Made by a program: the position numbers and the translations under genes. From Torpedo marmorata (taxonomy: Eukaryota), in contig OZ360236.1 of the NCBI GenBank assembly GCA_977017645.1, forward strand, positions 21,204,001 to 21,268,000: 64,000 nucleotides of DNA, in the 5' to 3' direction. This document shows, one piece after another, positions 1 through 12,046 of the stretch (its first letter is position 1; every line of letters begins with the position of its first letter). The notes beneath the pieces are model-generated. The model was not told the origin of the DNA. It saw nothing but the letters and a program-made list of their open reading frames with translations, and did not search any database.

Positions 1-865
1 TTGGACAGTTTAGGAGAGTGGGCAAAGAAATGGCAGATAAGATACAATGTTGAGAAATGTACAGTTGTACATTTTGGAAGAAAATATAAATGGGCAGATT
101 ATTATTTAGATGGGGAGAAAATACAAAATTCGGAAGTGCAGAGGAACTTGGGGGTCCTTGTGCAGGATACCCTAAAGGTTAACCACCAGGTTGGATCAGC
201 AGTAAGGAAAGCGAATGCTATGTTGGCATTCTTTTCAAGAGGAATAGTGTACAAGAGTAAAGAGGTGTTAATGAGGCTCTATGGGGCACTGGTGAGACCT
301 CATTTGGAGTACTGTGTGCAGTTTTGGGCCCCTTATCTTAGAAGGGATGTACTGATGATGGAGAGAGTACAGAGAAGATTTACGAGGATGATTCCTGGAA
401 TGCAAGGGCTAACATATGATGAGCGTTTATCAGTTCTTGGACTGTATTCATTGGAGTATAGAAGAATGAGAGGGGATCTCATAGAAACATTTAGAATGCT
501 GAAAGGATTGGACAGAGTAGATGTGAATAAGTTGTTTCCCTTGGTGGGTGAGTCCAGGTCAAGAGGGCACAGTCTTAGAATTAGAGGGTACCCATTTAAA
601 ACAGAGATGAGGAGAAATTTCTTTAGCCAGAGGGTCGTGGATTTATGGAATGCGTTACCACATACAGCTGTGGAGGCCCGATCATTGGGGGAGTTTAAGG
701 AGGAGATTGATAGGTATCTAATTAGTCAGGGTATCAAGGGATATGGGGAAAAGGCTGGAAATTGGAACTAGATGGGAAAATGGGTTAGCTCATGGTGGAG
801 TGGAGGAGCAGACTTGATGGGCCGAATGGCCTACTTCTGTTCCTTTCTCGTGATCTTGTGATCTC
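1..865 (+). mobile_element. CR1 LINE, 3' end (C-terminal ORF2 plus 3' UTR)
   Basis: ORF 1..771 has CR1 motifs LVRPHLEYCVQFWAPY, ERVQRRFTRMIPG, RRNFFSQRVV. The 3' UTR carries gatgggccgaatggcctacttct and a short tandem tail. Confidence 0.93.
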
Positions 866-1964
866 TTCCAGCAGGTTCCCTGTTGGACTTTATTCCTAAA
901 GATCGCAAGGTTGCATATTTTTGGACAATTCACTGCACAACATCCAGAGATTAACAACCACCTTCTTGAGTTTTGCCTTTGCTGGATTAACATAGTCATG
1001 TAATTTGTACCTTTGCTTCAAACAGATGTAACATGGCCCAAAATTATTCTAGATCAAACATTGAATACATTTATTTAAAAACTCAAACATAAAAGGAATT
1101 GACATCTATAATTTCTTACATCATCAAGCATGTTATAAAACCTCTAATGAGTTAGTTTTTCTTTACATCAGCATCTGATAAAGGATTACGACAGTTGTTG
1201 CAATGAATAATGAAATGGTGTTCTGGTTACTGAACAGACAAATTCAGTACATTTTGGTATCATAACATCATTGTGCAAATATGGTTTTAAACAATAGACA
1301 TAATGCAAGCCATATGTTCCAATGACCTGTGTCCAAGAATTCAGAATGAATTGGTAAACAGAAAAACCTTCGAGTTTTTATATTAATATTCCCATTGAAG
1401 TAAATTGAACTGAATCAAGCATAATAGCACTCAGATAATGGTTTTGTGATCTCGTGGATGACAGCAATAGTGCATTTCATTAGAGCCATTAACAATGGCT
1501 GAACATTTGATTTGAGAACAAAGAAAATAGAAAGATTTCTTCTGATCATTTCATCCAGACTAAGTCCATTCAGATCAGAGAATATTGCAGTGAATCAATA
1601 GATCAATAAATTCTGTCTCTTTTAATCAACGGGCTTCCTTTTTGCTTTAGAGAACTATGAATCGTAAAAGCTCAGCATTTGCGACGCCATTCTCTTTCTG
1701 TTTTATCAATAGTTACAGCTGCTGTCACATGGCACGTGTGAACGGACCTTGTATGTACTTTGCATTATGTTAATCTATGTTTGTTATTTACCATGATGGG
1801 GATTGGAAGATGTGGAAGATTGGTGTTTCTATTTCCATAAATTAACGGCAATATTTCTAGGGTACCAAAGTCTGGTTTTTCATCTGCATGGCGTATCTTT
1901 TTAGCAGGCAACTAATAAGCAGTAACCAAGGAGTAACCTTGAAGCACACTTTTAAGCTGTAATG

Positions 1965-2260
1965 CAGTATTTCTCAATCTGAGGTATGTAGTGGAGACAA
2001 ATATCACTGATAGAATAAACAAATAATGCGTAAAACAAGGTTGTAAATTGGAGGACAAAGAAAAATTTAAAAAATCTCAAAAATACTTCCCACCAAAACA
2101 ACACAAAACTCCTCTTGGTGATCTGAGAAGGGGCTTGAGCTCATAAGCCCACCCACTCCTCACCCCCGATTGGTGGTCTGTGGGTTTGTTGTAGGTGGTC
2201 TGTGGTAATGGAAGAAATACTTAAGGTGATCTATGGGTGAAAAAAGGTTGAGAACTGTTG
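1965..2260. mobile_element. hAT-type non-autonomous element (MITE)
   Basis: Imperfect TIRs cagtatttctcaa / ttgagaactgttg. 8-bp TSD ctgtaatg at 1957-1964 and 2261-2268. Confidence 0.8.
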
Positions 2261-2700
2261 CTGTAATGAATTCTTTCCAAAACTTTGATGTTATTTGGAC
2301 CATTTTATTCCAGGATTCTCTTTTGATGTGAATACAGTTTGATTAGTTTTATATATTATGTATACAAATTGCTGGCAATACTTTATATATTATATATGCC
2401 AGCAATTTGTAGGGTAATGCTGAACATAGAAGACTAAATGAATCGATGAACTATTATATTGCCTAATAGTTTCCAAAGGTTGCAAATTCTGCATTTCATA
2501 AGCTTCTGTTCTTTGGTTTGTTATCTAGAAAAGCTCCTGGGGCAGGTTTGTGAAAATCTGCAAGAGGATCTTTTTGATTATCATTACTAACCTGACCATT
2601 CTATAACATCTGCAACGACTATGTCAAGAGTTATTATAATCATAGAAATCAAATATCAGGATACAGAGGAATCCAAAGCCATTCAGATCAATAGTTCTTA

Positions 2701-2930
2701 CAGCCACTCTCAACTTTTTTTTGGCTATGGCCCCCTTGGGACTCTGCTCAAAGGTTATGGGTCCCCTTCCCTATGAAGCAGTCAAGTATAGTTTGTTTCT
2801 TCCGTACTTCTCTCCTACCGACTACATAAAAAACATAAAAGTATTTTATGATTTCATTCCGTGCCCCCCCACCCCCCCCTTAAATGTGCTGTGGCACCCA
2901 GGGTTGCCGTATAGCCCCCATTGAGAATGG
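2701..2930. mobile_element. hAT-like MITE, same family as 56647-56901
   Basis: Ends cagccactctcaac / ttgagaatgg. Internal ggctatggccccc..gggactctgctcaaag is the reverse complement of the copy at 56.8 kb. Confidence 0.7.
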
Positions 2931-5344
2931 ACCTAATACTGATTAATGTAAAAGAGATGTAAAGAAATCCTGTCCTCTTCCAGATCAACAAAGCCTGCCA
3001 AGGGACAAAAGAGGTAATAATGGCTTTATTTTAACATTATGTTTCAATTTAAAAAATGATCTGCACAAAAACCTAGTAGGAGAGGTTTATCGCACAATAT
3101 GTTTTTATCAAATAATGTTGCCTTTGTACACAGCAGTTCAAACACTTCTGTGGAACCTGGACTATTGAAACAATTGTTAAACCATGCAAAATTTCTGACA
3201 TACCCATTGGCACCAATTTACCCCCTATCTTTCTGGAATCACAGCATGAATAAGGTCAAACTTGTGAATTAACTGTTATAGGAGCCATGTTGTGATGTTA
3301 ATGCAGTACAAAAAAGTGCTGAACATTACTTTTGGGGCTCACTCATAAAGAATTAGTGTAAATATCTTCCACAATTTAAGATCTTTGTACCAATTTTTGT
3401 TTTTCTTTCAACTTTATAACATTCTTTTCTTTGTTATTTTTTTCTGGTGATTTGTAAAAAGCCAACTTTTGGCTCCTTCCTCCATGTATTTGTCAAGAAC
3501 AATCCCTTTTCTCTTATCACCTGCATTTATCTAAAGAGCAGGAGGCTTTCTTTAAATTTGGATTCTACAATACTTGATTTACCTTGTGTTTTGTAAGTAA
3601 CTTTGAACTTAACAGCCTTTACAATTTATTGAACTGCTTCCATCAGTCATGTTCTACTTCACATCTTACAAAATGAATCAGAAATAATGCATTTTTTTGA
3701 CTTCGATACAAAATAACGGACCATACCTTGAGGAGTCAAATGTTATATTTAGTTGATTTGGCTACTGATTTTCTTCCTCCTATTCTTCTGCTTTCCAATA
3801 GCATGATGCCAAATACATATTAAAGAAATTTTCAACAATTCAACTGATATCTTGCACATTGACTATCCTGGTGTTATTCTTTAAGAATCTGAATAATTTA
3901 TTCCCCCAAATTCTCCCCCCCCCCATTATTTCTTTGCCATTTATCATGAACAATGTTCTACTAACTCAATGTAGCCTGTTCAACTATGGGAATGGTTTCC
4001 CAAGTCAACCTAATGCCTCACTTGGGAAGCAAGCCTCAGGTCAAGTTGCTTAAACAAATATATCAAAATGGACTTTTGAAAATGTTTGAAGCTGAGCTTT
4101 ATCTGGATTTTATTCATCTGACGGAGCACCTTGAGCAGCAGTGAATAATTAAACACACGGCAGAAGCGAGACGTTCCATGAACATTCCGAACTTCAACAA
4201 CAACAAAACTCAGCAGAAGGCTGCAAAGTTCAAGGCCTCTGCAACCAATTGCAGCCAGAGATAATGAGATACCAGTGTCTAGTCAGATTAGTTACTTCCA
4301 AGTGATTTCAAGAAGTGACTAAATGAACTGCATGATCACCTATGACCCAACATAACGATTACAAAATTTAATGGTGAATTTCCTTACTCTCTCGGAGTGA
4401 CTTGAAACAGACTGTCCTTTGAGTTGGTACCAATGTAAAGGATATATCTCTGGGCTAATGGCAAATTGTCTATTGGAATGTCAGTTTCCTCAGCAAAAAG
4501 CCTTTTTAAAGAATAGAGGAAACGTAACTCATGACAAGGACTGCAGCCTTCTCTCCTGATTAAAATCGGGCAATTTAGATAGGAATATGCAATATGGCGG
4601 GAAGCTACATGCAAAATGTTTGCATAAAATAATTTCTGATCACTGTTTGTAATCACTGGGCTTGATTGAGTGGAATTACACTGTCATTTTCATGATCTGA
4701 AAAGAGCACCATGTGCATTCGATTAAAAATATATCATTGCTCATGACTAATGAATTCCTTAAGGATGTGCAATTGATTTTTTTTACCGTTTTGCATTCAC
4801 CCAGGATGTGAAATGCTTGAATACCAATAGTTTGCTCAAAAAACTTCAAACATTTCTCCTGCCTAGGATCCACCCCATTCAGCTAAGTACAAAGACTTTA
4901 GAAAGAACATTTGTAGTTGTAGCTATTTGGAGGAGTAAACTCCATCAACATCCTAATCCTCAACAGTGAGGAAGCCCAGCGCTTGTGAGCAATCAAAGGT
5001 GGAGAGTTTGCAATCATCTTCTGCACACATTCAGAGAATGTAAAGACAATCGGAATTAACTGGTTACATTGCATAGATTTCCAAATGCAATCAACTTATG
5101 ATCTTCACAATGGCTCCCTAGCTAGGCATAGACTATTGGCCAGACGTCTGATTTGCAGTGTAACTTCAAAGAATTTCAATCACATCATAAATACAGATCC
5201 CATCAAAGACCCATTGTCTTTGCTCTATAGTCAATAGGGATTGGGGTTGCTCTGATCTTTTAAGAAAGTCTAGGTTACCAAATATGTAACATAAGACTAA
5301 ATCCATCCTAGTCTTCTGGATATGCCATCCATGAGATAAACTAT

Positions 5345-6152
5345 AACCAAAACCAAGGAGCTGATTATTGACTTCAGGAAGGAACAGCCAGAGGTATACA
5401 ATCCAGTGATCATTGGGGGAATCAGAAGTGGAAAGGGTGAGGAAATTTAAGTTCTTGGGAGTCACTATCTCAGAGGATTTTTCCTGGACCCAACACACTT
5501 ATGTCATCGTGAAGAAAACACATCAGCACCTCTACTTCCTCAGCAGTTTGCGAAGGTTTGGTATGACATCAGAAACCCTAGCAAATTTCCACAGATGTGT
5601 GGTGGAAAGTGTGCTGACTGGCTGCACAACAGTCTGGTATGGGGACACCAATACCCCTGAACGTAAAGCCCTGCAGAAGGTAGTGGATAGAGCCCAGGAC
5701 ATCGCAGGCAAAACCCTCCCCACCATCGAGAACAACTACAGGGAGCGCTGCTGTCGGAGAGCAGCAGCAATCATCAAGGATCCACATCACCCAGCACCCG
5801 CTCTGTTCTCACTGCTACTAGGAAAGAGGTATAGGTGCCACAAGATTTGCACCACCAGGTTCAGGAACAGCAGCTGTACCTCCACCATCAGACTCCTCAA
5901 CAACAAACTCAATCAGAGACTCATTTTATTGATTTTATTTGATTTTTTTCCTCTCTATTGCACAGTCAGGTTGTTTAAAATTCTTTATTTGTTTATATGT
6001 ATCTGTATCTTCTTGAGTACATTTTTTTCCATTATTAATAAGTGGTAATTCTGCCTTGCCCGCAGGAAAAAGAATCTCAGGGTTGTATGTGATATCATGT
6101 ATGTACTCTGACAATAAATCTGAACTTTGAACTTTGATAAATCTGAACTTTG
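5345..6152 (+). mobile_element. Rex1/Babar-type LINE, 5'-truncated
   Basis: ORF 5413..6048 has FKFLGVTISEDFSW, LYFLSSLRRFG, ESVLTGCTTVWYG, IIKDPHHPA. Tail caataaa(tctgaactttga)n. Confidence 0.88.
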
Positions 6153-7406
6153 AAACCAATCCCAAATAAACATAGCTTGATTTCTATCTATAAGGAGAAG
6201 ATACAAACAAAGCAGTTTTAAGACAAAAATATGACTGTATGTCTCCTCCAGATGAACAAGTTACAGCAGCAATACATTAAGTGCCGAGAGATCAACTGGA
6301 CAAAAAATATGGGGAAAAAATCATTTTAGAATTATTTCTGTTCAGTATTGGAATCAGTCAATAACTTATGATACAAAGATGATAAATAGCATTCATTGTG
6401 GGTTGTTCGAACTATTAAAAGCTGTTAAGATATGACATGTCCATTTAAGAGAAAGTTCTTTGAAGTAATTTCTTTTGATCATTTCATTATATTTTACATA
6501 AGCTGGAAGTAGGGACCTGGCAGTTGAAATCCAAATGCTTCCAATTTTTTTATTAGATACTGTAGAAAAAGATCTTTATAAAGCTGTGTTATTATATTAG
6601 ATATTTAAATGCAAACAGGTTCCTCTGAATAACGTTTTAATGTTTTAAGAAGTACAAGTGGCCCAGACACTTGCTTGTAAAATGTCTGTGGCTTTATTGA
6701 GAGAAATCATTATGATCTCTAAACGGACTTGGAATAAGGAACAGGCTTGTAGACTTTCCTCCTAAAACATTCAGTGATGAGAAGAATGGATAACCAAGGG
6801 AAACCAGCACTTGAAAGCATTGCAGAATAGATTAAAGCAATATGTTTGATAGCTGATGATAACATAATCAAAGAAGTAGAGTAAAGAAATCACTATTTTA
6901 GATGGAGTAAACTTCCAGATTTTGTCAAAATCTAATGAATCACCAATAAAACTATAGAAGCCACAACAGCTTAGACCAGGGGTGGCCAAACCACAGCCCC
7001 CGGGCCATCTGTGGCCCATTGCCCATTTTTAAGTGGCCCAGGGTGAATTTTAAAAATGAAATGGAATATGACCCATTATACCATAGTCTCTAACAATAAA
7101 TTGCACTGCATGTATATTGCACTTCTTAGTTTCAACACTAGATGTCACTGCCATTTTGAACAACTACTAGACTGACCTATGCAATGTTACTCATTGATGA
7201 AAGCGTTTACCTCAGTTGATTAAACATGTCAGAACTGAAAAGGCGGAAAATAGCAAGGGAGTGCCGAAAATTTGAGACATGGTGGGAAAATGAATACTTT
7301 TTCACAGAAGTCAAGGGGAAGTGTGATTGTTTGATTTGCAAGGAATTAAATTTAAGAGCAGCAGATACAGAAATGCCTATTGTAATATGTGAGCACATCG
7401 ATAAAC

Positions 7407-7981
7407 TGCCATATATGCTGGCATATAAGACGACTGTATAAGACGACCCCTGACTTTCCACCTAAAATGTAGATTTTGAGCGATACTCATTGCATAAGGC
7501 TACCCCAAGTTTTACTGCCCCAATAGTCCTTTACCAATCATCTCACTGACCAATGGAGTGATGCTGTCAATATTTTAAAAGCAAATTATCCAGTAAAGGT
7601 TTAAATTTTATTAGCATATTTTAAAATAAACCGCCGTCAGCTCCTTTAACAGGCTGTTTAAAGCCTATACAGAGCCGATGCCAGTCGGACTAGGCAGATG
7701 GACCCTGCGGGGGAGCTCTGAGACTTGGCTGTTAAGGTTCAGATTTTATACTTGGTGTGGGAGAGCGCTGAGACTTCGCTGTTAAGGTTTGGATTATATA
7801 ATTGGCATGGGGGAGCGCTGAGAATTCGCTGTTACGGTTCGGATTTTATACTTGGCGTGGGGGAGCGCTGAGACTTTGCTCTTAAGGTTCGGATTTTATA
7901 CTTGGTGTATAAGACAACCCCTGGTTTTGAGGTGACATTTTTAAAGTTCAAGTACCATCTTATATGCCTGCATTTATGGTA
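7407..7981. mobile_element. Tc1/mariner (pogo-like) MITE nested in the hAT element
   Basis: TIRs tgccatatatgctggcatataaga / tcttatatgcctgcatttatggta. Related to the elements at 30660 and 60353. Confidence 0.7.
7711..7910. repeat. 50-bp minisatellite, 4 copies
   Basis: Unit gggagcgctgagacttcgctgttaaggttcggattttatacttggcgtgg starts at 7711, 7761, 7811 and 7861. Confidence 0.95.
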
Positions 7982-8882
7982 CTCTAATGTTAACAGTTAC
8001 ACTGTTCAGTAGTGTCGTATAGTTATTTTGATAGAAAATTAATTTTCGATGGCACAGGGGTTTTCTCGTCTAAAAATACCATTTTTCTTGCAGTGTAACT
8101 GGTTGAAAACTGCCGGGCTTAATATTGTTTGGCCCATAACTCCATATATTTTTCTCTATGTGGCCCACAACCAAAAGAATTTGGCCACCCCTGGCTTAGA
8201 CTCATACTGCAGTGGGAAAGTATTCACTCGTTTGACAGCTTGAACTCAACGATGAGGACAATTTGAAAATATGTGGATTGGTTAACGTTTGGATATACAA
8301 GGTGAGCAATGTCATGGAGGAAAAATGGCTTTTGAGAAGTATAGAAATATCAGAAGTGTTTGCAATAAGAAACTGATATTAACGAGGTGACAGGGATAAT
8401 GCACCCATAACTAATGAAACAGCCTTCTTACACTCAGCTCCTATTTTCTTGGGAACCATGACGAATGAACACATAGGAAAGATTCCAAAGAGTTCATAGT
8501 TGGCCACTGTTCCAGCTCTCAGCTTGGAAAGAGAACTTTTCAAATAGCAATCCACTGATCTTGCCTATAAAAATAATGAAAATGTTAATTCCTAATTCAC
8601 AACAGTCCCTTTAGAAATAAAATCTCCACTAGAAATGTTGCACAACATGTTAAACAATATATAAAAATATATGCCTACAATGTTGTCAGAAAGGCGAGGA
8701 ACTTGGAATAAAATAAAAGATGATTAAGAAATTAATAAAAGGGTAGAAAATAGAATAGCAATAAAGCTGGACTGTATGTTTTACAAGGGTACAGAAAGGA
8801 GGGAATTAGTAGCAGAGACAAGAGAAATTATGATAAAGAAAGAAGGATATTTTAAAGTTATTAAACAAGCATTTTGCATCTT

Positions 8883-9381
8883 TTTTAAAATCACACAATA
8901 CACAGTTTAAAACGCAAATTTCTCAAATTACATGTGATACATTTTCACCCCCCCTCCCTCCCTCCCACCCTCCCCTCCCTAACCCTCCCGAAAAGAAAGA
9001 AAGAAGAAGAAAAGGATAGAGTAAGGAGAATGTCAATCTAAAAAGAACAACTATAAACTGATCTTATTGTGGAGGATAGGCTCGCCAGCCAGACCCGATG
9101 TCCAGAGATCTTCAAATCCTTAAACCCACAATTTTTATATATGGGCTCCATACTTCCAAAAAGAAATGATACTTATCACGTAAATTATATGTAATTTTTT
9201 CGAGTTGTATGCAAGAACGCAATTCTGCGTGCCATCTTTCCAACCCCAAATCTACATCTGACTTCCATGTAGTGGCAATACATTTCTTAGAAACGGCCAA
9301 AGCAACACGCAAAAACTCCGTCTGGTACATATTCAATTTCACTCCAACACTGGTTCCTTCAATATCTCCAAACAAAAATAT
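8883..9381 (-). mobile_element. L1/Tx1-type LINE, 5'-truncated 3' fragment
   Basis: ORF 9112..9387 closely matches the C-terminus of the L1 at 48795..49310. 16-bp TSD aagcattttgcatctt at 8867-8882 and 9382-9397. Confidence 0.9.
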
Positions 9382-9399
9382 AAGCATTTTGCATCTTAT

Positions 9400-10130
9400 C
9401 TCATGGTAAAAAACCCCAAAAAATGACAGGAATGGAGAAACAAGAAGAATTTAACTTATTCAGTGTGGGTAACGGAAAAGTTATGGAATCACAATCAGAC
9501 CAAAAGCTAATGAATTCTCTGTGCCTCATGGTCTGTTCTGACTTAACAAGAGGAGATTGTTAAGGCATTGGATGAATTCGTTTTGTCTTCTTGAATTCCT
9601 TGGATTCTCAGTTGACCCTTATAAGTGGGAACATAGTGATTGCAACCCACCAGTTCAAGAACGGAGAGAAAAAACAGGGAGCTCCGTCAATAGCTGCTGT
9701 AGTGAAACAGCTCATTTTATGCCCCAACAGGAATTTTTCTCGATCAAACTATGATTGACCAGAGTCCACAGAATCCTAGAAGGGAAATCCTGCTTGTCAA
9801 ATCTATGAAGACATTTGAGGATTTATCAAATAGGGTGGGTAAGAGGGAAACTGCTGGTCTTTTTGGATTTACAGAAGATTGTCATACAGTAGGATAACAT
9901 AAAATTAGGGTACCTAGATTGCAGGTAACATCGGCATGGACTGGGAAGTGGTTAATAAGCAGAACATAGAGAGCAGAATGCTGCAAGAATCAATACTTGG
10001 GGCTCAGCTATGTACAATATTTTACAAAGGATTGGCTGAGGGGATTGAGTTTATATACTGTATATCCAATGCAATTCAAATAAAAATGCAGTTATGGGGA
10101 GAATATACAAACTCTTTACAGAGAGCTGCA
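9400..10130 (+). mobile_element. Heavily decayed CR1 ORF2 (RT region)
   Basis: Remnant motifs gggaaatcctgcttgtcaaatcta (GKSCLxNL) and MLQESILGAQLCTIF, resembling VPQGSVLGPxLF. Confidence 0.55.
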
Positions 10131-10499
10131 GACTTGAATCAGTGTTGCGCTAACCACGACGCTAACAATGCCGCCCAGTCTTACACATTACTTCCAATGT
10201 CACTAGTTCTAACTTAGTATAACAGCCTTTTGTGCTACATCTTATTAAAGCCTTTGGAAAATCCATCTGCTGGCTTTCTCCAGATTTAACATGCTGAATA
10301 AACCCTAACAAATCTTAATATAGTAAAACCACTGACATTCGGCACCTATGGGGATTAGTAGATGCCGGATAAGTGTATTTTCCGGTTTGCTTGAGACTTA
10401 CTCTTACAATGCCTAACTAATACACCTGCAATAAGAATAAACAGTTTAAAAGACAAAAATGCTACACTATACTTACACTGAACAAACTTCACTTGCATG

Positions 10500-10501
<2 letters not shown>

Positions 10502-10536
<35 letters not shown>
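10502..10536. repeat. (TA)n microsatellite, left flank of the Penelope composite
   Basis: Pure TA run. Confidence 0.97.
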
Positions 10537-10541
<5 letters not shown>

Positions 10542-10702
10542 AGGTAAGGTTCCATTATTGTCACGTAATACTACATTTTTTAGAATGTAACATACATGAA
10601 ATTATTTAATCTTTGTCTACCGTAAGGCAGACAGAGAGTCGTTAGTTTGTCCAGCACCCCTCACAGAAGCCTACAGCACCTGGTGTTCCTAGACGGTCTC
10701 CC
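10537..10702 (-). mobile_element. 5S rRNA-derived SINE (SINE3-like), 5'-truncated
   Basis: Minus strand 10702-10667 GGGAGACCGTCTAGGAACACCAGGTGCTGTAGGCTT matches the 3' end of vertebrate 5S rRNA with about 4 mismatches in 36 nt. It is followed by a tail shared with 32300-32412 and by (ACCTT)n. Confidence 0.72.
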
Positions 10703-11753
10703 CTCATTACTTTCATCTGACAGAGCATCATTTGACAGAGCCGCACCACCCTACCAGAAGGCACTCGATCAAAATGGATACAAATACACACTCCACTACG
10801 AACCCGCAACAAATACAAGGCACAGAAATCGGAAAAGAAACAACATACTATGGTACAACCCACCCTACAGTATGAATGTCAAAACCAAAATTGGACAAAT
10901 ATTCCTCCGACTCATAGATAAACACTTCCCGGATGACCACTGCCTACACAAGATCTTCAACCGTAACACCGTCAAAATCAGTTACAGCTGCATGAACAAC
11001 ACCACGCAGATAATCGACAACCACAATAAGCGTATCTTATACCAACTAAAAAATCATAACATTAACGAAACAAGGAATCAAATGTGTAACTGCCGACCTA
11101 AGGCAAAATGCCCACTCAACGGCAAGTGCCTTCAATCATCGGTAATCTATCAAGCCACCGTAACCCGCAAGGACAACAATACCACCGAAACATATATTGG
11201 ACTAACAGAAAACACGTTCAAAATAAGATATAATAACCACACTGCCTCATTCCGCCACAAGAAACACAGGAACGCAACGGAACTCAGTAAACATATTTGG
11301 AAACTAAAGGACGAAAACATAGACTATTCCCTCTCATGGAACATACTTTCATCAAACCCTGCATACAATAGTTCTAGCAAGCGATGCAACCTCTGCTTGA
11401 AAGAAAAGCTTCTAATTATTTGCAACACCAACATATCATCCCTAAACAAGCGTAATGAACTAGGAGCTTCATGTCCACACAGAAACAAAGCATTGCTATG
11501 CAGCAATTAAATACTCGGCACCAATTGAACAAAACACCACTGTCTACCATTAACACCTAATTTGACTCACATACCAGACCCCTTACTATATAACCGAGGT
11601 ATCCCTTACAGCAACTACCCCTGAAGAGTGGAAAGATCCACGAAACAAGCTTGTCGGGCACATGTGAGTAGTGTGCTTTTCTGTTTACTTATTTATTTAG
11701 CTCCACAATACGTGTTGAGCACTATTTTATAGTGAAGATCAACCTTACCTAAA

Positions 11754-11755
<2 letters not shown>
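10703..11755 (+). mobile_element. Penelope-like retroelement, 5'-truncated, with uninterrupted thumb/linker and GIY-YIG endonuclease ORF
   Basis: ORF to 11510 has ILWYNPPYS, HKIFNRNTVKISYSC, CNC-x5-C-x5-C, VIYQA..YIGLTE..FKIRYNNH, TELSKHIW, RCNLCLKEK. Hammerhead in the 3' region. Confidence 0.92.
11618..11658 (+). ncRNA. Minimal type I hammerhead ribozyme
   Basis: ccc-CTGAAGA-gtgga(aaga)tccac-GAAA-caagcttg-TC-ggg. Complete catalytic core, 5-bp stem II, palindromic stem III (acaagcttgt), GUC cleavage triplet, ccc/ggg stem I. Confidence 0.88.

Positions 11756-11796
<41 letters not shown>
11756..11796. repeat. (TA)n microsatellite, right flank of the Penelope composite
   Basis: Pure TA run. 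Confidence 0.97.
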
Positions 11797-11800
<4 letters not shown>

Positions 11801-11804
11801 CGCA

Positions 11805-12046
11805 GGGGTGGCACGGTTAGTGTAGCAGTTTGAATCCCACGCTGTCTGTAAGGAGTTTGTACATTCTCCCCATGTCTGCGTAGGTTTCTTCTGGGTGCTC
11901 CGGTTTACTCCCACCATTAAAAAAAACGTACCGGGGGTTGTAGGTCAATTAGAGTGCAATTGGGCGGCATGGGCTCATGGGCCGAAAGGGCCTGTACCAT
12001 GCTCTATGTCTAAACATTTTTTAAAAATTAAAAATTAAAAAATTAA
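11805..12046 (+). mobile_element. tRNA-derived V-SINE (HE1-like)
   Basis: Head ggggtggcacggttagtgtagc, V-domain-like core tctccccatgtctgcgtaggttt..gctccggttt, tail ggccgaaagggcctg. Confidence 0.85.

Larger units (their letters stand above)
6977..8193 (+). mobile_element. hAT (Charlie-like) deletion derivative with transposase N-terminal remnant
   Basis: TIR caggggtggccaaa / tttggccacccctg. 8-bp TSD gcttagac at 6969-6976 and 8194-8201. ORF 7226 MSELKRRKIARECRKFETWWENEYFFTEVKGKCDCLICKE resembles Charlie/GTF2IRD2-type transposase starts. Confidence 0.88.

Noticed and set aside
790-5330. Short ORFs of 60-90 aa in unique-looking DNA, considered as RBBP8NL exons
   Set aside because: No CtIP-like coiled-coil or CDRC motif and no consistent splice sites found.
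7711-7910. CRISPR-like array
   Set aside because: Contiguous tandem units with no unique spacers, in a eukaryotic transposon.
10667-10702. Functional 5S rRNA gene
   Set aside because: Only the 3' 36 nt are present, with no A-box and no T-run terminator, and a retroposon tail follows.
10647-10702. N-terminus MSSTPHRSLQHLVFLDGLP of the 287-aa ORF
   Set aside because: Antisense reading of the SINE fragment from a TTG start; not Penelope protein.
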